64,000 nt of DNA from Opitutaceae bacterium (GTDB lineage Bacteria; Verrucomicrobiota; Verrucomicrobiia; Opitutales; Opitutaceae), in NCBI GenBank assembly GCA_028284235.1, contig JANQSC010000020.1:128248-192247 (forward strand), written 5' to 3'. Shown here piece by piece: positions 29,199-36,407 of this stretch (position 1 is its first letter; each line of letters begins with the position of its first letter). The notes beneath the pieces are model-generated. The model did no database searches, was not told the origin of the DNA, and saw nothing but the letters and a program-made list of their open reading frames with translations. Made by a program: the position numbers and the translations under genes.

Positions 29199-30080
29199 CT
29201 AAGCCGATCCTGTTCCCATCGCTTGCGCGTCGGCTTTTCGGTCGGCGAACCAAGCGTCATCCGGAAAACGGATACACGCCGCCTGAACTGCCTCCATGAG
29301 TTCACCATGTATCAAAGGAAACATCCGCGGCGCTCCTGTTCCCGCTCCCGCCGCGGCTGTGTCCACCGCTTGGGCCGCATCCACCAAACGAAACAGCACG
29401 CCAATCTTGCGTCCCCACGCGCCTTGTTTCGACGCATCCAACTCGATCACCTTGTCGAACGCCTGAATCGTCTTCCCCTCCGGGCCGTCCGGCTCGAAGA
29501 AAACCTGTCCCTCGCCCAAGGTCTTGTACAACGAACAGCCCAATTCAAACCAGGCATTGACGTCGTCCGGCCGCGCTCGCACTGCCCGTTCATAGTACTC
29601 GCTCGCAGTCGATTCGTCGCCCTGCGAACTTTCCAAGATCGCGAGCGAACGCAACGCTGGGTAGAAGGAGTCGTCCGCTTCCAGCACTTTTCCAAACGCC
29701 ACTCGAGCATCGTCCCACTGTTTCAGCGAATGCTGCACAATCCCCAAATTAACCCAGCACTCGGGATAGTCGTCCCGCTGTTCGATGCTCAATTGGAATT
29801 GCTCGATCGCCTCCTCGTATCGCTGCAGATGCAGGAGCATGTTGCCCGCATTGTAGTAGTCGCGAAAATTGGGCTCGACGCGAGCCGCCTCCAAAAACGA
29901 GCCTAACGCCTCCTCAATCCGCTGCATTCGCTCCAAAAGCAAGCCGCGGTTGCTGTACAAAAGCACGCTCGGTTCTAGATCCCGAATCGCCGCGTCGAAA
30001 ATGTCGAGCGCGCCCCCGGCATCCCCCGAACGCTCCCTTTCAATCGCTGCCGCAAGGGCCTCCGCTACCGCGTCTGACAT
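29199..30080 (-). CDS. Tetratricopeptide repeat protein
   Basis: Repeated TPR-like helices (LYSNRGLLL, YYNAGNMLL, CWVNLGIV, AWFELGCSL, AWGRKIGVL); start taken at MSDAV (30080). Confidence 0.85.
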   Translation of the reverse strand: MSDAVAEALAAAIERERSGDAGGALDIFDAAIRDLEPSVLLYSNRGLLLERMQRIEEALGSFLEAARVEPNFRDYYNAGNMLLHLQRYEEAIEQFQLSIEQRDDYPECWVNLGIVQHSLKQWDDARVAFGKVLEADDSFYPALRSLAILESSQGDESTASEYYERAVRARPDDVNAWFELGCSLYKTLGEGQVFFEPDGPEGKTIQAFDKVIELDASKQGAWGRKIGVLFRLVDAAQAVDTAAAGAGTGAPRMFPLIHGELMEAVQAACIRFPDDAWFADRKADAQAMGTGSA

Positions 30081-30127
30081 AGCCGTCAAAACTGCGAAGG
30101 CGACAATTCGGTGTCGATCTTGAAATA

Positions 30128-30194
30128 AACCCGCCGAGGACGTCGGGTTCCACCTCCAACTAGTCAAAGGTGGAACGCGACGTCCCGGCGCGTT
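30128..30194. repeat. GGTG-foot REP-like doublet R5 (feet facing inward, 14-bp spacer)
   Basis: aacccgccgaggacgtcgggttccacc ... ggtggaacgcgacgtcccggcgcgtt. Confidence 0.75.
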
Positions 30195-30291
30195 TGATCA
30201 GCTAAAGAAAACCCATTTTCGCAGCGCGAAACCCATAGTTCCCGCAAAGCGGGAACTCAAGGCCGCCAGGCCGATGTTGAAGATGAACATA

Positions 30292-30493
30292 TTTGTCGTC
30301 GCTGCACTAGGATGACCTATCCGTCTCCGTCCCGACTAGCGGGACTACGCCGCGACAAGCCAGACAAATAGGACACCTCCTGCGGAGACGAACAAAGTCA
30401 TCCTCTAGCCGATGAGACCTTATTTTCGCGTAGCGAATCCTACTGTTCCCGCAACGCGGGAACTCCTAGCCCCGACCCTGTCGGGGAGATGAC
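30292..30493. repeat. Family B element, copy B2, with a nested 40-bp family D insert
   Basis: Right arm ccttattt-TCGCgtaGCGA-atcctact-GTTCCCGCaacGCGGGAAC-tccta-gCCCCGACcctGTCGGGGa-gatgac has the same scaffold as the B1 right arm. Confidence 0.75.
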
Positions 30494-31572
30494 TAAGCAC
30501 TCTCAACCGGCTTCACCCTTATCCGCGTAACTTCCAACGGCGCCAGCACGCGAAATTGCGGTCCCCAAGTCCCCGTCCCACGACTCACGTATAAAAACAC
30601 ATCCTTCTTCAGTTCCGTCAACCCCGCCTTCGCCGAATAAACCAGCTTGGTCAAAAAATGAAACGGAAAGATCTGCCCCCCATGCGTATGACCCGACAAC
30701 TGCAAGTCGAACCGATCGAATATCCCCGGTCGAACACTGGGCCGATGATTCAGAAACAGTGTATACGAATCATTGGATACATTCTCAAACGTCCTCGCTT
30801 CCAACGCATCAAAATCCTGTCCCTCCACAGCTGCCGGATCGTCGATCCCAGCGACGGTCACGCCATTGTCTAGCGCCCTCGACTCGTTTTGAAGCAAATC
30901 GAGGCCCGCATCCCGCGTAAGCTCCATCGCGTGACCCAGCCCAGCATAGACTTCGTGATTTCCAACCACCGCGAACTTCCCGAGCGGCGCACCCAGCTCC
31001 TGCAACGCCTTCACATACGGCCCCATCATTTCCAGGTAGCCATCAAAGAGGTCCCCCGTGGATACAATCAAGTCCGGCTTCATTGCATTGACCCGCTCCA
31101 CCAATCGCCGAGTTCGCTTCAAGGAGCTCGAATCGCCCAGGTGCAAATCGGAGATTTGGACCAGAGTGAATGGAGTTGTCACTTTAGTTGACGTGAGCGA
31201 CACCGTTTTCACCGCAATCCGACGAGCGGATACAAAGCCGTAGGCGCAAATCAAGCCGCCAGAAGCCAGCATCCATTGCAACTGGCTCGCATCCGAAAAC
31301 TCCGGGACGAACACCTGGAACAGATCGAACACCGGGGCGATTGAGCCGAATACAAATACCACCCCCACCCAGTGGTAACCGACCCACGCAATTGGCAGCG
31401 ACGCTCGGTGCCACTTTCGCCGCTCCATGTAGTTGGCGACAAACAGAGAGAGGAAACAAACGAGAATGACCCCCGCTACACCGACCGAGTGATGCCCCAA
31501 TCCTCGCGCAATGCCCGCGTACAAATAGTAATTGTAAGCGCTGAGAATGGCGAAAAAGACGAGGATGAACAT
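30493..31572 (-). CDS. Membrane-anchored metallophosphoesterase (YkuE/YaeI-like)
   Basis: N-terminal TM helices; QISDLH, STGDLFD, VGNHE, LNHRP, LSGHTHGGQI and VSRGTG motifs; alternative TTG start at 31584. Confidence 0.92.
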   Translation of the reverse strand: MFILVFFAILSAYNYYLYAGIARGLGHHSVGVAGVILVCFLSLFVANYMERRKWHRASLPIAWVGYHWVGVVFVFGSIAPVFDLFQVFVPEFSDASQLQWMLASGGLICAYGFVSARRIAVKTVSLTSTKVTTPFTLVQISDLHLGDSSSLKRTRRLVERVNAMKPDLIVSTGDLFDGYLEMMGPYVKALQELGAPLGKFAVVGNHEVYAGLGHAMELTRDAGLDLLQNESRALDNGVTVAGIDDPAAVEGQDFDALEARTFENVSNDSYTLFLNHRPSVRPGIFDRFDLQLSGHTHGGQIFPFHFLTKLVYSAKAGLTELKKDVFLYVSRGTGTWGPQFRVLAPLEVTRIRVKPVESA

Positions 31573-31622
31573 AAAGCGTCCCAACAGGAATACACCCGAC
31601 GCCTTTCTTTCCAGACATTTTT

Positions 31623-31916
31623 TTGGAACAGTGATTTCTGTGAAATCAAATCCCGTCGGTGACGGGAACAGGATCCCGTTTCACGGGAGCAGGATGATCC
31701 AACCGAACCGTAGGGCCAGCGCTTGCGCTGTGCCGCGATGTTGGATCGCACCAGATTTCTCTAACTACGCGGCACTGCGCGAGCGCAGGCCCTACATAGA
31801 GGTGCAATGACCCAGAAGTCCATCAAGTTCCCGACCCGCCCCGTCAATGACCCCGACTCAGTCGGTGGCTTGGTGGGACGGGTCGGGATCAAGCGAGCGA
31901 AGCGCATTCTGTTAAA
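31623..31916. repeat. Family A element, copy A6, containing a REP doublet and a nested 39-bp cassette
   Basis: ttggaacagTGATTTCtgtGAAATCAaa-hairpin-acaggat-hairpin-agcaggatgat ... catcaagtt-hairpin-atcaagcga-GCGAAGC-gcattctgttaaa. Confidence 0.85.
31710..31795. repeat. GTAG-type REP doublet R3
   Basis: gtagggccagcgcttgcgctgtgccgcg ... cgcggcactgcgcgagcgcaggccctac; the left REP differs from R1 at one position. Confidence 0.88.
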
Positions 31917-32012
31917 CACTCTTCCTAAAGCCCGAAACGCGTTCGCGACACTTTTTTGGAACTTGTTTCTCTTACGACAGACTACCCCTAAACCAATTAT
32001 CTTCCCTACCCC

Positions 32013-32891
32013 ATGAAATCGAAAACCCTCTTACGCTACGTGTTGGCCGTCACATTGTTCTTGGCCGGATTCTTCGCCCATTCTCTTTACCTTCGAGTTG
32101 TAACAACGCCCGCTCCAGTTCCCGCATCCATAGCCGGCAAGTCCAACTCTCTCGAACACGAAATTCGATCGCTAAACGACCAACTGGCCGCAGCGCAGAC
32201 GGAGAACGCGCTCTTGCAATCCCAACTCGCGGAAACTCCCGATCAACAGACATTCGAGGTCCCGGAAGAAGGGGGAGCAATCAGTTTTACCGCTTCGAGC
32301 GCCTCCGGAGTCGCCGAGGCGATCGAGTTCAATTCCGAGCGGATGGAAGAGATGATGTCCCGGCAAGTCGACCGTCAGCTCGACGTGTACGCAGCGCGCC
32401 TGAATCTCAATGACGAGCAACGAGCCCAGCTCAAAGAGATTATGCTCATGCGCATGACCCAAATCCGGTTCCGCTTCGGTCCCGACGGCGCCGAGCGGAC
32501 GGAAGACGACAACGGCGCCCCGCTCATAACTCAATCGGACATCGATAATCTCGCCGCCGACATCCTATCGCCCGAACAGCTCTACGAATACGACGAAATG
32601 CGCGCTCAGGAACAAGCTGCCCGTAGTGAAATGATGGCGACCGCCCAACTCACCCAAATCGCTCCTCAGCTCGGACTTTCCGAAGAACAGAAAGACCGCG
32701 TCTACTCGATCTACTACGAACAGTCGCTCGGGATGGAGCAAGGCTACGCCAATCCTCAACAGATGCAGGAATCTCAAGCGGAAGCCGACGCGCTCATCGA
32801 GGAAGTTCTCGACGAAGGACAACGCGAAGTCTTCCGCGCCATGCGCGAAGGCCAGTCAGCGTTCGGGAATTTCACCATCTTCGCTCGTTGA
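32013..32891 (+). CDS. Hypothetical membrane-anchored periplasmic protein with coiled coil and two Spy/CpxP-like LTxxQ motifs
   Basis: N-terminal TM segment; LNLNDEQRAQL and LGLSEEQKDRV motifs; helical composition. Confidence 0.7.
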   Translation: MKSKTLLRYVLAVTLFLAGFFAHSLYLRVVTTPAPVPASIAGKSNSLEHEIRSLNDQLAAAQTENALLQSQLAETPDQQTFEVPEEGGAISFTASSASGVAEAIEFNSERMEEMMSRQVDRQLDVYAARLNLNDEQRAQLKEIMLMRMTQIRFRFGPDGAERTEDDNGAPLITQSDIDNLAADILSPEQLYEYDEMRAQEQAARSEMMATAQLTQIAPQLGLSEEQKDRVYSIYYEQSLGMEQGYANPQQMQESQAEADALIEEVLDEGQREVFRAMREGQSAFGNFTIFAR

Positions 32892-32916
32892 AACAGACAG
32901 AAACGAGAATCAAGTA

Positions 32917-33167
32917 TTGGAACAGTGATTTCTCCGAAATCAAATCTCGCACGCGAGACCAAGATCCCGCTGCGCGGGAGCAGGATGGTCACTCGGGTAG
33001 TGCACGAGAAATTCCCCGTCTCTATCGCGGGCGTCGCGCATGTCTCGGCGTAGCTCGAAGTGCGAAGACGGAAGCAACGCCCCTACACAATTGCAACGTC
33101 ATCAAGTTGGCTCGCTAGAGCCATCAAGCGAGCGATCCCTCTTTGAGGGGGAGCGCATCCTGTTAAA
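32917..33167. repeat. Family A element, copy A7, containing a GTAG REP interrupted by the 34-bp insert
   Basis: ttggaacagTGATTTCtccGAAATCAaa ... agcaggatgg ... tcatcaagtt-GGCTCgctaGAGCC-atcaagcga-hairpin-gcatcctgttaaa. Confidence 0.85.
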
Positions 33168-33173
33168 GTAACT

Positions 33174-33479
33174 TTATTCTCTGTCCGCTAGCGCTTCCGC
33201 TTCGCGTTTCAACGACGGATCGAAGAACATTGTCCCAAATGGTACCAGCGATACGAATACACCTAAGGCCGCTCGACTGAACTTCCAATCGAGGTCGATC
33301 CATACGCGTATGAGTATCCAGATGTAGATGATAAACAGAATCCCGTGAATCATCCCAACCACGCTCACCGCTTCAGGCGTATCCCAAATGTACTTCAACG
33401 GCATCGCGACGAACACCAGAATGATAAACGAAAGCCCCTCAATAAAGGCCACTTTGCGAAATAGCTGCAATTGCTTCAT
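33174..33479 (-). CDS. DUF3817 family small membrane protein
   Basis: FRKVAFIEGLSFIILVFVAMPLKY, GMIHGILFIIY and SLVPFGTMFFD motifs. Confidence 0.88.
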   Translation of the reverse strand: MKQLQLFRKVAFIEGLSFIILVFVAMPLKYIWDTPEAVSVVGMIHGILFIIYIWILIRVWIDLDWKFSRAALGVFVSLVPFGTMFFDPSLKREAEALADRE

Positions 33480-33502
33480 TACTCCAACTTCTCCCTACTT
33501 GT

Positions 33503-34336
33503 TCACTCCACGGTTTGCGTCAGCGTCCCAATGGACTCGATCGCGATCGATATTCGGTCTCCTGACTTCAACGTAAAATCCGTCCCCGGCACGATTCCAG
33601 TACCGGTCATCAAATAACACCCTTGCGGAAATTCCAGCTCCCGAAACAAATAGCCCGCAAGTTCCTCGAGCGACCGCTTCATTTCGCTCAATCGCGTCTC
33701 CCCGCTGAACACAGTCGATTCGCCCCGCCGGATCCACAGCTCGATCTTCGACTCAGGCGCGATCGGTTTATCCAACACCGTCAGGTGCGGGCCGAGGCCC
33801 GTCGCCCCTTCGTAAGACTTCGCCTGCGGCAAATAGAGCGGATTCTCTCCCTCGATGCTACGCGAGCTCATGTCGTTCCCGACCGTGTATCCAATAATCT
33901 CGCCTTTGTCCGACAAGGCGAGCGCCAGTTCCGGCTCGGGAACGTCCCAGCTCGAGTCTTCCCGAATCCGCACTGGCTCGCCATGCCCACGCACGCGCGA
34001 GGCGACCGACTTGAAAAAAAGCTCCGGCCGATCCGCATTGTAGACATTCGCGTAAAAATCGGCGCCGCCAGCGTTCTTGGACTCCTCCATCCGGGCTAAG
34101 CGACTCGAGTAGTAAGTCACTCCCGACGCCCAAACTTCCTGCGAGCCGATCGGGGCGAGCAGACCCGATTCGACTGCATTCTCGGCGTCAGGATCGTGAT
34201 CGAGAGTCAATGCGTCGAGTCCCACTCGCAAGGCGTCGCTTACGAAAAGACCATCCCAGTCGACATCCCAAAACGCGAACGCGTCGTCGCGGGCCACGAC
34301 AATTCCAGTGCGAGTTTTATAAATTCGATGATCCAT
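33503..34336 (-). CDS. FAH-family protein, 2-keto-3-deoxy-pentonate dehydratase-like (XylX/KdaD type)
   Basis: QEVWASGVTYYSSRLARMEES, RPELFFK, VPEPELAL, GNDMSSRSIEGENPLYLPQAK motifs; start MDHRI at 34336. Confidence 0.85.
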   Translation of the reverse strand: MDHRIYKTRTGIVVARDDAFAFWDVDWDGLFVSDALRVGLDALTLDHDPDAENAVESGLLAPIGSQEVWASGVTYYSSRLARMEESKNAGGADFYANVYNADRPELFFKSVASRVRGHGEPVRIREDSSWDVPEPELALALSDKGEIIGYTVGNDMSSRSIEGENPLYLPQAKSYEGATGLGPHLTVLDKPIAPESKIELWIRRGESTVFSGETRLSEMKRSLEELAGYLFRELEFPQGCYLMTGTGIVPGTDFTLKSGDRISIAIESIGTLTQTVE

Positions 34337-34411
34337 CAATCGGCAGGGATAAGCTGCCGATCTTTCCGCTCTGCTATTCGGCGTCAACTTAAACAGCTCT
34401 TCGGACGAATA

Positions 34412-34437
34412 AACGTGCCGGGACGGCCCGTTCCACC
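34412..34437 (-). repeat. Single GGTG-foot REP-like unit (same family as R5)
   Basis: aacgtgccgggacggcccgttccacc compared with the reverse complement of the R5 right unit, aacgcgccgggacgtcgcgttccacc. Confidence 0.65.
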
Positions 34438-34448
34438 CTGAAAATCAA

Positions 34449-35756
34449 CTACGCCGCGTTTTTCTTTTCGGACTTGGGCGCCTTGACCTTCTTGATCTGG
34501 GCTTTCTTGCGTCCTTCCACCACTCCGCGGTCGATCACGACTTCAGCGGCGTCTTCGCGGGTCGGAACGTCGTACATCACTTCCAAGGTAATCCCTTCCA
34601 TGATGGACCGGAGCGCTCGGGCTCCTGTCTTGAGCTCGATCGCTTTCTCCGCAATAGCCCGGATTCCGTCTTTCGTGATACGCAACTTGACCCCGTCCAT
34701 GGCGAACAGCTTCGAGTACTGTTTCACGAGAGAGTTCTTCGTGCTCAGCAAAATATTCTCGAGATCGTCGACAGAAAGCTGATCCAAAACGGAAACCACC
34801 GGGAGGCGACCGATAAACTCGGGGATCATCCCGAACTTCACCAGATCTTCCGGCTCGACGCTTTTCATGACTTCCTCGCCTTTCATCTCGACGTCGACAT
34901 CCGCCCCAAAACCGAGGGTAACATTGTCCGAACGTTTCTTGATGATTCCATCCAGACCGACAAAGGCTCCGCCGCAAATAAAGAGAATCTTCGACGTGTC
35001 GATTTGCACGTACTCTTGATTCGGATGCTTGCGACCCCCTTGCGGCGGCACGTTGCAGACCGTTCCCTCCAAAATCTTCAACAGAGCTTGCTGTACGCCT
35101 TCGCCGGATACGTCGCGAGTGATCGAAACATTGTCCGTCTTGCGACCGATCTTGTCGATCTCATCGACATAGATGATGCCGCATTCCGCTTTCGCCACGT
35201 CGTAATTGGCGGACTGGAGCAGGCGCAGGACAATATTCTCGACGTCGTCGCCGACGTAGCCCGCTTCGGTCAAAGTCGTGGCGTCGGCGATAGCGAAAGG
35301 CACGTCCAAGATGCGGGCCAGCGAGCGAGCCAGGAAAGTTTTCCCGGAGCCCGTAGGTCCGACCAGGAGGATGTTGCTCTTTTCCACTTCCACATCGTCG
35401 TATTCGGAACCTGGATTCAGAAGACTGGCCTCCGTCACTTGCTCCGCGTCGAAACTCAAGCGCTTGTAGTGGTTGTACACCGCCACCGACAGGACTTTTT
35501 TCGCGTGCTCCTGCCCGATGACGTAGTCGTCGAGCACGGCCTTGATTTCCGTCGGGCGAACGAGATTGAACGAGGGCGCGCCTTCGGCTTCCGACAAGGC
35601 CCCATCCTCTCCGCCGAGCTCACGATCGATGATCGTCTTGCACACCGATACGCAGCCATCGCAGATATAGACACCCGGACCCGCGATCATTTTACGGACT
35701 TCCGACTGCGATTTGCCGCAGAAGGAGCAGAGGGTCATGCGCGATGATTTAGCCAT
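34449..35756 (-). CDS. clpX: ATP-dependent Clp protease ATP-binding subunit
   Basis: CSFCGK...ICDGC zinc finger, [33 protein letters not shown] and GARALRSI motifs. Confidence 0.98.
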   Translation of the reverse strand: MAKSSRMTLCSFCGKSQSEVRKMIAGPGVYICDGCVSVCKTIIDRELGGEDGALSEAEGAPSFNLVRPTEIKAVLDDYVIGQEHAKKVLSVAVYNHYKRLSFDAEQVTEASLLNPGSEYDDVEVEKSNILLVGPTGSGKTFLARSLARILDVPFAIADATTLTEAGYVGDDVENIVLRLLQSANYDVAKAECGIIYVDEIDKIGRKTDNVSITRDVSGEGVQQALLKILEGTVCNVPPQGGRKHPNQEYVQIDTSKILFICGGAFVGLDGIIKKRSDNVTLGFGADVDVEMKGEEVMKSVEPEDLVKFGMIPEFIGRLPVVSVLDQLSVDDLENILLSTKNSLVKQYSKLFAMDGVKLRITKDGIRAIAEKAIELKTGARALRSIMEGITLEVMYDVPTREDAAEVVIDRGVVEGRKKAQIKKVKAPKSEKKNAA

Positions 35757-35783
35757 GTCGAATCGTGTGGGGGTTTGCGGCCG

Positions 35784-36383
35784 CTACTTCTTTTCCTTCG
35801 CGGTCGACTCCATTACTTCGTCAACGAGGCCGTAGTCCTTGGCCTCTTCCGCGCTCATGTAGAAATCGCGGTCGGAGTCTTTCTTAATTTCATCGGAGGT
35901 CTTCCCGGTGCACTCGGCCAACACGTCGTTGAGTTTCTCGCGCCAGCGGATGATCTCCTTGGCAGCGATGGAAATGTCCGAAGCCTGGCCAGTCGCCCCG
36001 CCGGACGGCTGGTGGATCATAATGCGGCTGTTGGGCAACGCGTAACGCTTGCCTTTGGTGCCCGCCGCCAAGAGCACCGTTCCCATACTCGCGGCCATTC
36101 CGATGCAGTATGTGGATACATCGCAACTCAAGTAGTTCATCGTATCGTAAATCGCCATACCGCCCGTGACTACGCCGCCGGGGGAATTGATGTACATGTG
36201 GATGTCCTTCTTGGGGTCGTCCATTTGCAAAAAGAGCAGCTGGGCGACGATGGCGCTGGCGATCTCGTCGTTAATCGGCGTTCCAATGAATATAATCCGG
36301 TCCTTAAGCAACCGGGTATAGATGTCCATGGACTGCTCGCCGCGTCCGGTATTCTCGATGATGTGTGGCAGATAGTAAGACAC
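35784..36383 (-). CDS. clpP: ATP-dependent Clp protease proteolytic subunit
   Basis: [26 protein letters not shown] (catalytic Ser), IMIHQP (His), [18 protein letters not shown]. Confidence 0.98.
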   Translation of the reverse strand: MSYYLPHIIENTGRGEQSMDIYTRLLKDRIIFIGTPINDEIASAIVAQLLFLQMDDPKKDIHMYINSPGGVVTGGMAIYDTMNYLSCDVSTYCIGMAASMGTVLLAAGTKGKRYALPNSRIMIHQPSGGATGQASDISIAAKEIIRWREKLNDVLAECTGKTSDEIKKDSDRDFYMSAEEAKDYGLVDEVMESTAKEKK

Positions 36384-36407
36384 GATTTTCTGTAAATTGG
36401 GTTGGTT

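Noticed and set aside
31911-31917. Integron attC sites (A6 ends in GTTAAAC = GTTRRRY; other copies end in GTTAAAA)
   Set aside because: The left ends mostly lack RYYYAAC, flanking genes lie in both orientations with their own upstream regions, and no integrase is present. The resemblance is only a shared AAC/GTT terminus.
27334-33118. Short ORFs sharing peptides (RLIPLARELD[D/E]FGF in 27334..27684 and 29017..29253; WNSDF[C/S]EIKSR in 31372..31662 and 32888..33118) as a new protein family
   Set aside because: The shared peptides are simply translations of the family A arms. They confirm the DNA repeat but give no evidence of coding.
15472-33167. CRISPR array
   Set aside because: The repeats are dispersed among genes, are inverted and variable in length rather than tandem repeat-spacer units, and no cas genes are present.
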